A program made the translations under genes and the position numbers. A stretch of 64,000 nt of DNA from positions 160,001 through 224,000 of the forward strand of contig CAXXKA010000006.1 in assembly GCA_963668625.2 (NCBI GenBank). The letters run 5' to 3'. The DNA comes from an uncultured candidate division Zixibacteria bacterium. GTDB lineage: Bacteria; Zixibacteria; MSB-5A5; UBA10806; 4484-95. Below, piece by piece: positions 10,996 to 21,043 of the stretch. Numbering within the stretch: the first letter of the stretch is position 1; each line of letters starts with the position of its first letter. A model generated the notes under the pieces. That model did no database searches and was not told the DNA's origin. It saw only the letters and a list, made by a program, of their open reading frames with translations.

Positions 10996-13440
10996 CTATT
11001 CGTGGCTTGCACCTGAACATGAAAAGCATGCTTTTGGTGCCTGCCCTATACCTCTGAAGTAATTAACAAGGTACAATACATCACTTCCAGTAATTACGCA
11101 ATCACCATTTGCATCGCCAGATGCGTAAAACAAATCAGGCGAAGGACATCTGCAAAAACAATTACTAGGGGGTGTGTTGTTTCCAGCTAAATACTGTACT
11201 AAAAATGTAACATCTCCCCCTATTACTTGCTCATCACCATTTGCATCGCCAGCATAAAAATCACACCAATCTAGCTTTGTGATAAAACCATCGACATAGC
11301 CAGTTATCGTCCCATCATTTAAGTTATTATCGTAACAATTCGGTGATGTGTAAAAATCATCAGACATCGTTGTCCCTGCAATCCAAGGGGGTTCATACCA
11401 TGATTCCATAGAGATATAATCTACTTCAACACTTACTATACTTCTATAGCCTATTGGGCTAAGGAAAAAACCATCATTGCCTGTTCCTCCTAAATAGCCG
11501 CTTTGTGAAACCGATTGGTAATTTCCATTGTAGCAGTAAAAATATGTATAAAAAATGTCATAACCACCATTGTGCGTAGTATTAGTGTTTATTACCGGAA
11601 AATTGGTTGAATTAGTATAACCAACAACCGTGGGAGATCTCAGAAAAGCTGTTGATATATCAGTTGCATACTCGTTGCCTGATCCACCTAAATAAGTACT
11701 CCATCCCAGTTGGCTGCCGTATCTTAAATGTAAAACAAATGCATCATAACCGCCATTATAAGTGTCGTCGTATGCATTAACTGTAGGGAAATTTGATGAA
11801 TTTGTTGAACCAACAAGAGTAACACCATCATCCCAATCTTTAAAAATGCCTTCTGCGATATCATCACCCGAACCGCCAATATAGGTGCTAAATGATATGC
11901 TTGTTAAAGCTGGATTAAACTTAGTAATAAAAACATCTTTGTTCCCTTGATAAGTGTAGAGCGGATTAACAGCAGGGAAATTACTCGATGCTGTGAAACC
12001 TGTTATATATAATTCACCGCTTTGTTCATTCAAACCATATGCCCTGTCATCACCTGAGCCACCTAAAAATGTGCTTCCTTGGATCGTATACGGGGATGAA
12101 TCTGATATACTCGTAATAAAAATATCGATTTCGCCGTTAAAAGTTCTATCATATGCGTTTCCAGTAGTAGGAAAAGTCCCTGAACCGGTCCAACCACATA
12201 TAGTAAAATGTGATTCAAAGGCATAATAATGAATATCTTCGGCATAATCATTGTAAGAGCCACCAATGTATGTACTAAAAAATAGTCCACTGCCTTCCCA
12301 GTATTTAAGAGCAAATGCATCTATAGAACCACCGAGTGTATTGTCTATGGGGTTCATCATTGGAAAGTCAGAGGAAGAAGTGTAGCCGGTAACATATATA
12401 CCTGTACCCCCATCGCTTGCAATACCAGTGGCTACATCAGTTACACTACCGCCTATGATTATACTATATGCTAATGAACCATCTGCATTAAACTTAGATA
12501 TGAATAGATCGCATACTCCCTGTGGCCCTATAGGCGGTATGCCATGTGGATAATTCGAAGAAAATGTATAACCCGTAATAAATCGAGTATAATTTGAAGT
12601 CTGACACATATCAGTAATTATGTCATGATTTGTTCCGCCAATGTAACTACTATATACTGGAGTGATATTGGGATCAATTATTAAAGGTCTATTGGATTCG
12701 TAAGGCCCGGTTACTATGAAACCATAACTATTATCATTGTAAATACAAAATTCACAATCGACTAATCTACGCTTTCCGTTAATTTCTTGATAGCAAATTG
12801 GGGCAGTTTCTTTTAGCTCAAACTCACCAGTGTCAATTATCAAATCGCCATTATCAAGCTTGGATAATTTGGCTAGTGGTTCTGGTTTAAAACGAACAAT
12901 CGAAGGATTTACACCAGGATTGACAACAATGTCATATTTTAATGAATTGTTATCGGAATAGTATTTAAAATCAATCCCCTTATAAACGTTTATATAATTG
13001 ATAGATTTATAAGTGTTTAAATTGTGCCTCCATTTTGATTCGTCATTTCCAATATAAAAACTGTATTTAGGTTCGGCCATTTCGCCATCAGTAATTAGCA
13101 CATTTTTATTTGCTCCGATCAAATTAATTTCTATACTATGAGCAATTACTTCTGGATTATGATTCTGATCTAATGATGAACTTAATGATTTTTTCTCTGG
13201 AATCTCTAGATAATGATAATAGAATGAATTTCTACAGAAATCAATAGTAATGCCATTAGAAAAGCATCTGTACTCGATGATACTGTCGAATTGTCCATCA
13301 TTTGGGATGAAAGAAAATCCAGAATTAAAACTGTCTTTCCCTGTCATCGATAAATTATTTTGAGCAAATACTGGAACGACAGAGTAGCTTAATAATAATA
13401 GCATAAAGACAATGCTGCTCATATAACGGAAACGGTACAT
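10996..13440 (-). CDS. Secreted SBBP-repeat (beta-propeller) protein with C-terminal dockerin-type domain
   Basis: Signal peptide; FIPNDGQ...LIIDP N-terminal domain; repeated STYIGGSGDD..YITGxTxSxNFP; tail GDANGD..GDVTFLVQYL / GDANGD..SDVLYLVNYF. Confidence 0.88.
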   Translation of the reverse strand: MYRFRYMSSIVFMLLLLSYSVVPVFAQNNLSMTGKDSFNSGFSFIPNDGQFDSIIEYRCFSNGITIDFCRNSFYYHYLEIPEKKSLSSSLDQNHNPEVIAHSIEINLIGANKNVLITDGEMAEPKYSFYIGNDESKWRHNLNTYKSINYINVYKGIDFKYYSDNNSLKYDIVVNPGVNPSIVRFKPEPLAKLSKLDNGDLIIDTGEFELKETAPICYQEINGKRRLVDCEFCIYNDNSYGFIVTGPYESNRPLIIDPNITPVYSSYIGGTNHDIITDMCQTSNYTRFITGYTFSSNYPHGIPPIGPQGVCDLFISKFNADGSLAYSIIIGGSVTDVATGIASDGGTGIYVTGYTSSSDFPMMNPIDNTLGGSIDAFALKYWEGSGLFFSTYIGGSYNDYAEDIHYYAFESHFTICGWTGSGTFPTTGNAYDRTFNGEIDIFITSISDSSPYTIQGSTFLGGSGDDRAYGLNEQSGELYITGFTASSNFPAVNPLYTYQGNKDVFITKFNPALTSISFSTYIGGSGDDIAEGIFKDWDDGVTLVGSTNSSNFPTVNAYDDTYNGGYDAFVLHLRYGSQLGWSTYLGGSGNEYATDISTAFLRSPTVVGYTNSTNFPVINTNTTHNGGYDIFYTYFYCYNGNYQSVSQSGYLGGTGNDGFFLSPIGYRSIVSVEVDYISMESWYEPPWIAGTTMSDDFYTSPNCYDNNLNDGTITGYVDGFITKLDWCDFYAGDANGDEQVIGGDVTFLVQYLAGNNTPPSNCFCRCPSPDLFYASGDANGDCVITGSDVLYLVNYFRGIGQAPKACFSCSGASHE

Positions 13441-13536
13441 AGAACCTCCTTGAAATTATTCGTAAGTGTTAACCAATATGTTAATGATATTATTAGCTAT
13501 TTTTATTGTCAAGGAATAAAATATAAAAGCTCTATT

Positions 13537-13572
13537 AATTAAAAAGCCGCCCCCGTTTGGGAGCGGCTTTTT
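13537..13572. repeat. 36-bp direct repeat, copy 2 (terminator hairpin)
   Basis: Identical to 10954-10989. Confidence 0.92.
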
Positions 13573-13590
13573 GTGTGACGCCCGTAAAGT

Positions 13591-14661
13591 CTATTCCGTG
13601 TCAGCCAGGATTGGCTCTATTGTTGGCAGTTGTTCCGGTCGCAGGATTTCCTCCTTTCCTTTCAAGGTTACGATTCCATCGCTGCGGGTCGCCACGAAAA
13701 TATCGTTATCTCCTTTGAATAATCCGATTACTGGTTTGCCGATGAACGCCGGTACGGCTTGAAGGGAGTCGTTGGCGTAGACGAACAGGCCCTGCTCGGT
13801 GCCGATGTAAGTCGAGAACACTTTCGGCAGGAAACAGTTGACCTCGTAAATCTCGGTCGAATCTCTGAGGTAGAGCTGCTTCCACTCGCCGCCGTCATGC
13901 TGGAAAATACCCGAGGGAGTGCCCACCCAGAGATAAGGATACTGATACTCGAGCGCGGAGACGAAATCGAATATTTCGGTATCACGAGCCAGGTAACGTC
14001 TCTTCCAGTTTTCGCCGTCATAACGCCACAGGCCGTCACCGAAAGTACCTACCCAGAGGCCGTCATCATCCTCGGTTAAGGATGTCACCAGGAGATCGGC
14101 TTTCATGAGTGAATCGCTATACCAATCATCCATGAAATGCAAACCGTCATTGGCGCCGATCAGGTAGCCCTCGCCGAATTTCAGTACTACATTGACAGGC
14201 GCGCCGAGGTCGAATGTATCGCGCAGGCTTTCGTATTCGTAGTCCGCGAATATCAACCGGTCGCCGCCAATTACCGCCTCATCTTTCTCGTACAGCATGC
14301 AGGCCATATCCGGCGCGTGATCCGAGCAAAACGAGGTGACCGGGTCGCTCCAACCCGAACTGTCTTTCATCACCGTGTACAGCATCTTACCCGATAGGAT
14401 ATCGAACTTGCCGTTGTTGTAGAAAACTCTTTCGATCTCGGGATACGAGGGGGCGGGCGACGTGACCTGTTCCTCGACAACCGGCTCGATTACCGGTTCG
14501 ATCGTGTCTGCCGGTATTGCTTGCTCGGCGATTGCCTCAACCATGACTACTTGCGGTCTTTTCTTCAAGCCTGCCCCTATAATCAAAACAAACGCCAGTA
14601 GGGAAACCACGATAACCGAGACCACCTGTCCTTTGTCTCTCATTCTTTCTCGCTTTAACAT
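13591..14661 (-). CDS. Membrane-anchored beta-propeller protein (two-component-regulator propeller-like repeats)
   Basis: N-terminal TM helix; LWVGTFGDGL, LWVGTPSGI, YIGTEQGL and FVATRSDGI blades; GGAGG upstream of ATG 14661. Confidence 0.7.
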   Translation of the reverse strand: MLKRERMRDKGQVVSVIVVSLLAFVLIIGAGLKKRPQVVMVEAIAEQAIPADTIEPVIEPVVEEQVTSPAPSYPEIERVFYNNGKFDILSGKMLYTVMKDSSGWSDPVTSFCSDHAPDMACMLYEKDEAVIGGDRLIFADYEYESLRDTFDLGAPVNVVLKFGEGYLIGANDGLHFMDDWYSDSLMKADLLVTSLTEDDDGLWVGTFGDGLWRYDGENWKRRYLARDTEIFDFVSALEYQYPYLWVGTPSGIFQHDGGEWKQLYLRDSTEIYEVNCFLPKVFSTYIGTEQGLFVYANDSLQAVPAFIGKPVIGLFKGDNDIFVATRSDGIVTLKGKEEILRPEQLPTIEPILADTE

Positions 14662-14713
14662 CTTTCCTCCTCTGTTGGGGATTAAGGTTTTTAATAATTT
14701 CATCCAGTATTAA

Positions 14714-14729
14714 AACAAAAGCCGTGCCA
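14714..14729 (-). promoter_or_regulatory. Candidate sigma54 (-24/-12) promoter
   Basis: Minus strand TGGCACG-GCTT-TTGTT versus consensus TGGCACG-N4-TTGCW; a bEBP gene lies in the divergent operon. Confidence 0.6.
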
Positions 14730-14915
14730 CGACCTTAAGGCGTTGGTATTCATGATATTTAAGAAATAAGGATGAATTTAAAGCGTGTCTATGCGGAATG
14801 ATCCGTGTCTGAAAGTATACGCTATCGAATAGCTAACCTGAATGCCTCATAGTACGATATTAATAACATGAAACATCTTGATTCTATCGAGATAAAATCT
14901 TGCCCGATATGAAAC

Positions 14916-14945
14916 TTGACTGACGCTTACGGGTTAAAGTATACT
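14916..14945 (+). promoter_or_regulatory. Sigma70-type promoter for the SBP-kinase-regulator operon
   Basis: TTGACT-N18-TATACT. Confidence 0.6.
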
Positions 14946-14981
14946 GGTTGCAGGAAAATTGTTGAAAATGTTGAAGAAGGA

Positions 14982-15055
14982 ATCGTCAGGTAGGCGATAT
15001 CTTTCGTAGAAGATGTCAGGCGGATGAAATCCTTTGTTTATCCATTCCTGACGAT
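14982..15055 (+). other. Candidate structured 5' leader (three-helix junction)
   Basis: ATCGTCAGG/CCTGACGAT closing stem enclosing two hairpins. Confidence 0.4.
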
Positions 15056-15089
15056 ACTTGCTTGATTTTCGACAGTCCAGGGAGAGTCT

Positions 15090-16865
15090 ATGATCAAAAA
15101 GCTAACGTTCGTTCTGTTAATATCAATTCTATTAACATCACTTGCAACCACCGATACCAACACGGATATACTCGGCTCGGTGATTTTGAAAAAGAACTAC
15201 CGGTTGTATATCGATAAAGGCCGTGCCGATGGTGTCAACGTTGGTAATCGTCTCGAGGTGCTTTATGACGGCCGTTCGTTCGGTACCGCGCTAATTTCGT
15301 GGGTTGGGGATGATATCTCTTATGCCCGTATGGATTCCTCGGTGTATTACCGGTTCTATTATGTACAGCCGCTCGAGGCTCGTATATATTTGGAAAGCAC
15401 GACGAAGTTCACCGGCGGCGCTATTCACGTACCGTTTTTCAACGATCTCAAGCTAAAGCCCTCCGAGATCACCATTCCCGATGAGTACACTGTCGGCTAT
15501 CTGATTTACGATAACCTGGTTAATCTCGATAGCGAGGGTAAAATCGTACCCGGCCTGGCGCATTCGTGGGAACATCACGGCAACACCTACACGTTTTATC
15601 TCAATCCCGATATCAAATTTCATTCGGGTAAATATCTGGATGCCCTGGATGTGGCGCATTCGCTGGTGGAACTGGCGCGGTCTCCGGAGCTTACGCCGGC
15701 CGCCTCGTTTATCACCCAGGTGGAGGGGTATAACCAGGTGCATCGCGGCAGGGCGAACGAGTTGCAGGGTGTATTTATCAGCAATAAAAATACCATAGGT
15801 ATCACCACCAAAAACGAGTTCGAACCACTCTTGAAATACCTGGCGGGTCCCGGCGGTTTTATCATACCCTCGGTCGATAGAACCCCCGTGCCGATAGGGA
15901 CAGGCCCGTTTAAAGTGGTAAGCGTACGGGATGAGCGAGTAATGCTGGCGGCTAATACCGATTATTTCGCCGATTCACCGGCGCTCGATAGCGTGATATT
16001 CAACCGCTACTCGGATTACAAAGAGGCGGCGCTCGATTTCGAACTCGGCAGGTTGGATCTGATCGGTTTCGACACGCATAACGCCGAGGAGCTATTATCG
16101 GGCGGCGACTACCAGGCTAGAAAATACTACACCAGTTCTCTGGTGATGTTGGGTTTTAACTGTAAGCATAAATACCAGGAGGACTATAAACTCTCCGGGG
16201 CATTGAACGGCTTATTCGACAGGGAAAGCATAGTACGAGTGCTTCTGGCGAATTCGGCCAGATCGAGTTCCTCGATTATTTCGCCGACATTCAGTATCGA
16301 ATCGCAGTATGCCAATGACTTCACGTTCATGCCCGGCGAGGCGAAAGCCGCCCTGGCTGATATCGCTGATTTGCCGGGCGAGTTGAACCTCGTGTATGAT
16401 GGTTTCGATCCGGCCTTAAAGCCGGTTGCGGCATATATCGCCGGCCAGCTCCGTCACGCCGGTTTGAAAGTAAAAACACAGAAACTCGATAGTCGTTATC
16501 TGGAAGAGTCAACTAATTTAAGCACGATGGATTTATATCTCATGCGCTACGATATCCCGGTGCTCGATCCTGACGCGCTTTTTTATCCGTTGTTCTCCTC
16601 GGAGTTGAACGGTATAACGAATTATTTCAATTATAGCGATGAGCAACTCGAGCGCTATCTGAGCGGCGCCCGGCGAATCGAGGATACATACGCGCGTGAG
16701 GATATATATAGGGAGGCCGAGGATTTATTGATGAAAAATCCACCCCTCATCGTGCTGTACAATCCATACCTGACAATCGCTCATCGGAGGGACCTTGCCG
16801 GTTTTAAAGCCGACCCCAGGGCGTTCGTAAACCTTCGCGATACATACTACCAGGCGGGTAAATAA
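15090..16865 (+). CDS. Family-5 extracellular solute-binding protein with extra N-terminal (FlgT-C-like) domain
   Basis: IYDNLV..PGLAHSWE..YTFYL..KFHSG and PIGTGPF motifs; N-terminal LYIDKGRADGVNVG. Confidence 0.82.
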   Translation: MIKKLTFVLLISILLTSLATTDTNTDILGSVILKKNYRLYIDKGRADGVNVGNRLEVLYDGRSFGTALISWVGDDISYARMDSSVYYRFYYVQPLEARIYLESTTKFTGGAIHVPFFNDLKLKPSEITIPDEYTVGYLIYDNLVNLDSEGKIVPGLAHSWEHHGNTYTFYLNPDIKFHSGKYLDALDVAHSLVELARSPELTPAASFITQVEGYNQVHRGRANELQGVFISNKNTIGITTKNEFEPLLKYLAGPGGFIIPSVDRTPVPIGTGPFKVVSVRDERVMLAANTDYFADSPALDSVIFNRYSDYKEAALDFELGRLDLIGFDTHNAEELLSGGDYQARKYYTSSLVMLGFNCKHKYQEDYKLSGALNGLFDRESIVRVLLANSARSSSSIISPTFSIESQYANDFTFMPGEAKAALADIADLPGELNLVYDGFDPALKPVAAYIAGQLRHAGLKVKTQKLDSRYLEESTNLSTMDLYLMRYDIPVLDPDALFYPLFSSELNGITNYFNYSDEQLERYLSGARRIEDTYAREDIYREAEDLLMKNPPLIVLYNPYLTIAHRRDLAGFKADPRAFVNLRDTYYQAGK

Positions 16866-16867
16866 TC

Positions 16868-18586
16868 ATGAGACGAAAAATATTTTTACTTCTATTCGTA
16901 GCCGCGGCCGTGCCGTTAATCGGCATACTGTTATTTTTACGGGTCACTATGCTGGGACAGCAGCAGGAATTAGCGCAGAACAGGCTTTCCTCGGTTGTCA
17001 GCGGCGTTATTGGGTTTTATGATAGAAACGGCACCAGCGTGTTAAATCAGGTAAAAGCGCTGGCGGATAACGATGACCTGAAACGGACGCTTCTCCTAAC
17101 CGATGAGATTGGCTTTATCGATCAATCGGCTCTTATCAAAAAGACCGAACGTCAGCTCGAACTGCTCGATCTGGATTACCTGGCGGTGATCGATCCCAAA
17201 GGCGAGGTGCTGGCGCAGGGCCACGATCAGTCGGTGTTCGGTTTCTCGCTGGAGGATGATCCGATAGTCAACGAGGCTCTTAACGGTCAACCCGTGCATT
17301 CACTGGCGATACGAGATATTCGGGGCAGCGATGAACTTCTGACAATGGCCGCCTCGCCGGTGTGGTTCAAGAATCGGGCTATCGGGGTGGTGATCGGCGG
17401 CAAAATCATTGATGAGAGTTATTTGCAGGATTTACAGTCGCTTTCCGGCGCGGAGTTGATACTACTAAGCGAGGGAGAGATCAAAGGCACGACTATACCC
17501 GGAAACTTGAACGAGGTACCGATCGAGACTACCGCTAACGCTTTTACCTCGGTACAGCTTGCCGGAACGCCATATAAGTTCAACTCCTATGCCCTGACTA
17601 ATTTTACCGGCGATAAAGTAGCCGATTTGATGATCGGTATCAGCACTTACGATTTAAAAACGGTGTACGATCGGATTTCCATGATATTCATCATATTCGC
17701 GCTGGGATCTTTCGTACTGGCGTTCGTGTTGGCCTGGTCGTTCTCCTACAGTATCACCAAACCGATTACCGCGCTGGCCGAGGCCTCATCCCGTATGGCT
17801 ACCGGTGATTTCGAGGTCGCGTTAAATTCCCGGCGCAGGGATGAGATCGGCAAGCTGATCAATAGTTTCAACACCATGGCCACCGACCTGAAAGACTACC
17901 GCGAGAAACTGGTCGATTCCGAGCGAATGGCGGCGTTTACCCAGATGGCGCAGAAAGTGGCGCATGAGATAAAAAATCCGCTAACCCCCATACAGGTGTC
18001 CATACAGGATTTGAAACGCACTTTCGATGCCGGCGATGAGGATTTCCCCGAGATACTCAACAACTCATGCAACACCGTGCTGGAGGAGGTATCCTCGCTG
18101 GCGAAGATCGTTAAAGAGTTCTCCGAGTTCGCTCGTTTTCCGTCTCCGCAATTGCAACGCGAGGATTTACGCGAGCTGATGCAGTCATATATCGGGCTGT
18201 ACGGTATCGATGTCGAATCCGGCAGGATGATAGTAGATTTCGCAGATGAGAATATTATCGTTACTGTCGATCGGGAGCAGTTGAAACGAGCAGTACATAA
18301 TATCGTGAAAAACGCGTTCGAGGCCGGCGGCGAAACCGGCAAAGTCGAGGTTCGGACATATCGCGAAAACGAATTTGCCGTGATCGAGGTAAAAGATAAC
18401 GGCCCCGGATTTTCACCGATGGCGAAAAAGAATTTGTTCTCGCCGTATTTTACCACCAAAGCCGAGGGCAGTGGATTGGGATTGGTTATCGTGAAAAAGA
18501 TCATCAGCGATCATGACGGTGTGATCGAGATCAGTGATGATGAAAACGGTTCAGCGATTAAATTGAAATTGAGGATGAGTAAATAG
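16868..18586 (+). CDS. NtrY-like sensor histidine kinase (Cache-like periplasmic domain, HAMP, HisKA, HATPase)
   Basis: Two TM helices, DEIGKL, AHEIKNPLTP, DNGPG, FTTK..GSGLGL. Confidence 0.92.
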   Translation: MRRKIFLLLFVAAAVPLIGILLFLRVTMLGQQQELAQNRLSSVVSGVIGFYDRNGTSVLNQVKALADNDDLKRTLLLTDEIGFIDQSALIKKTERQLELLDLDYLAVIDPKGEVLAQGHDQSVFGFSLEDDPIVNEALNGQPVHSLAIRDIRGSDELLTMAASPVWFKNRAIGVVIGGKIIDESYLQDLQSLSGAELILLSEGEIKGTTIPGNLNEVPIETTANAFTSVQLAGTPYKFNSYALTNFTGDKVADLMIGISTYDLKTVYDRISMIFIIFALGSFVLAFVLAWSFSYSITKPITALAEASSRMATGDFEVALNSRRRDEIGKLINSFNTMATDLKDYREKLVDSERMAAFTQMAQKVAHEIKNPLTPIQVSIQDLKRTFDAGDEDFPEILNNSCNTVLEEVSSLAKIVKEFSEFARFPSPQLQREDLRELMQSYIGLYGIDVESGRMIVDFADENIIVTVDREQLKRAVHNIVKNAFEAGGETGKVEVRTYRENEFAVIEVKDNGPGFSPMAKKNLFSPYFTTKAEGSGLGLVIVKKIISDHDGVIEISDDENGSAIKLKLRMSK

Positions 18587-19941
18587 TGAAAATACTTTTG
18601 GTTGATGACGAGAAAAACATCCTCGATTCGGTCAGCCGCGCCCTGAAACGAATGGGGCATGAGGTTGTTTCCGCCGATGGGTTCAATCCCGCTGTGGCCG
18701 CCTGTGATGACTCATTCGACCTGGCCACTCTCGATGTCTGGCTTAACAGCGATGAAGGTGATGGCGTCGATTTGCTCAAGGCGCTCAAGACAGCATATCC
18801 GCATCTTATGGTGGTGATGATCTCCGGTGGCTCGACTATCGCTACGGCGGTTGAGGCGATAAAGCATGGCGCTTATGATTTTCTCGAGAAGCCGCTCTCT
18901 CTCGATAAACTAGAGGTGCTATTGAAAAATATCGATGAGCTGATATCTCTTCGCAAACAACGTGATGAGCTTCTACGCCAGGTGCAGGACGAGTATAAGC
19001 TGGTGGGTGAGTCCTCGGCTATTAAAGCGATGGTCGCCACTATCGATCGTTTCGCGCCCGAGGAGGCGCCGGTGCTGATTACAGGTGAAAGCGGCAGCGG
19101 CAAGGAACTCGTTGCCCGTATGATTCACAACAAGTCGGGACGAGCAAGCGGTCCGTTTATCGCTATCAACTGCGCGGCCTTGCCGGATGAGCTTGCCGAG
19201 GCCGAGCTGTTCGGCTACGAGGAAGGCGCGTTTACCGGTGCGATGAGTTCGCACGAGGGATATTTCAGACGAGCCGGCGGCGGAGTGCTGTTTTTGGATG
19301 AGATAAGCGAGATGTCGCTAAAGCTTCAAGCGAAACTTCTGCGTGTGATAGAGGAGCGCAAGGTAACCCCGCTTGGCGGCAAGGATGTTTTCGATATAGA
19401 TATACGCCTGATAGCGGCCTCCAATCGCAAGCTCAAGGAGGAGGCAGACAGCGGGGGATTCCGCCATGATTTATATTTTAGATTGAACGTGCTGCCGGTT
19501 AGTGTGCCTCCGCTGCGCGAGCGTATCAGCGATATCGGATTGCTGGTTGAATATTTCTGCGCGGCCTACGCCTCGAAAGCCAATAAAAAACAACGCAAGT
19601 TCTCCAAGAGTGCGATTGCTTACCTGGAGAAACTCGGCTACCCCGGCAATATCCGCGAGTTGAAAAACTACATTGAGCGTATACTGATTATCAGTGATTC
19701 TGATCCAATCGAGCCTCAGTCAATAGAGGCCGTGCTGGCGGGAGTTAGCTCATCTACGGGTGGTGATAAGGAGCTATCCTCATTGAAACAGGCGGTGGAG
19801 GATTTCGAGCGCGAGTATATCGAAAAGGCGATAGCCGGAGCCGAGGGCAACATAGCCCGCGCTGCCCGGATACTCGGCCTGGAACGCAGCCATCTGTACA
19901 AAAAGATGAAAGCGCTGGGGATTGAGAAGGGGGAGAGGTAA
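18586..19941 (+). CDS. Sigma54-dependent response regulator (NtrC/NtrX family)
   Basis: Receiver domain, GESGSGKE, intact GAFTGA, FLDEI, C-terminal HTH. Confidence 0.93.
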   Translation: MKILLVDDEKNILDSVSRALKRMGHEVVSADGFNPAVAACDDSFDLATLDVWLNSDEGDGVDLLKALKTAYPHLMVVMISGGSTIATAVEAIKHGAYDFLEKPLSLDKLEVLLKNIDELISLRKQRDELLRQVQDEYKLVGESSAIKAMVATIDRFAPEEAPVLITGESGSGKELVARMIHNKSGRASGPFIAINCAALPDELAEAELFGYEEGAFTGAMSSHEGYFRRAGGGVLFLDEISEMSLKLQAKLLRVIEERKVTPLGGKDVFDIDIRLIAASNRKLKEEADSGGFRHDLYFRLNVLPVSVPPLRERISDIGLLVEYFCAAYASKANKKQRKFSKSAIAYLEKLGYPGNIRELKNYIERILIISDSDPIEPQSIEAVLAGVSSSTGGDKELSSLKQAVEDFEREYIEKAIAGAEGNIARAARILGLERSHLYKKMKALGIEKGER

Positions 19942-20139
19942 CCTGAGAGATGAAGCAAGCATTCCCACTTCACAACAGATGGTGCGGGGTGCCGGTGTTA
20001 AACTATAAGTCCGTTTCTATCCCTATTAATTAATTATGTTTCTAATTCCAATTGGTATTGAATTTATTATTGGTTGAATCAAAACGTACAGCTGAAAACA
20101 GTGTGACCGTCAGGTTAAGTCTTGTTTAGTACAGTTAAT

Positions 20140-20179
20140 ATACTATTCCGGCAATTGTTTTCAATTGCCGGAATAGTAT
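20140..20179. terminator. Perfect 18-bp inverted repeat between convergent genes
   Basis: ATACTATTCCGGCAATTG-tttt-CAATTGCCGGAATAGTAT. Confidence 0.7.
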
Positions 20180-20192
20180 TTCTTTTACAGTC

Positions 20193-20657
20193 TTATGGGC
20201 AACTACCTTGCCAGGGCGATGGCTCTCCTCCCATGTTAAATTCTAAACAACCAAGATGTGTGGTACCGCTAATACATTTTGACGGCCATGTATTAGACTG
20301 ACTACCTACAGCATTTATCCAAGCTTTGCCAATATAGCCACAACCATCCGGCAAACCATAGACAGTTATAGTACGATATCCGCCATATAATATTACATTA
20401 GTGTTTTGCCATCGTACCACACCATTTTGTATAATTTGAACTGTGTAAGTTCCCCATACTGTTGGTCCTCTTAGTGTCACTTGTGCGTTTGCTGAATAGA
20501 TTACATCAGGGTAGTCATTTTCGTTTTTTGTTGAACTATTTTTGAAGTCAATTGCTTTGGATGATGTTGGATTAATCTGTTCCTCAACCGATGAGCATAC
20601 GATTAGTCCAAGCGATAGAGCAAGAATAACGAGAAATAGTATTCCTGATAATTTCAT
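20193..20657 (-). CDS. Hypothetical exported/lipoprotein, AT-rich
   Basis: Hydrophobic N-terminus ending LIVC; GGAGG SD; 4 Cys in the C-terminal half. Confidence 0.65.
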   Translation of the reverse strand: MKLSGILFLVILALSLGLIVCSSVEEQINPTSSKAIDFKNSSTKNENDYPDVIYSANAQVTLRGPTVWGTYTVQIIQNGVVRWQNTNVILYGGYRTITVYGLPDGCGYIGKAWINAVGSQSNTWPSKCISGTTHLGCLEFNMGGEPSPWQGSCP

Positions 20658-21043
20658 TGAAATCCTCCCAAGTTACTTATTACTATGTTTTTGTTTTAAG
20701 GCATCATTTTTGTTATTACGCTCCTTTCAATATTAGACTTTTAATATTAATTTGGTAATGCTAGATCTGTTGATGTGGTTATAAGATTAATTATATAGAA
20801 TTAAGCGCTTTTTGTCTAATGAAATTAGTAAAAAAGATGTATAATATTATTAAATATATAACGAATGATGTTGCATTGTTGTAGTGTATTCCAACTTCGT
20901 TCTGTATATTGCAAGGGATATATAATCTGAAGGAGAATAGCCAATAACCACCATTAATCTCCTTCACTTCCCATTCAGCAAATCAATTTCCAGCCGAATT
21001 AACTTGACAGACGGGCATAAATTTATGATTTTAATCGCTTGTG

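Noticed and set aside
11300-12660. Repetitive pattern inside the SBBP gene as a CRISPR or DNA repeat array
   Set aside because: These are protein-level propeller repeats with diverged DNA; no CRISPR array, tRNA or rRNA was seen in the window
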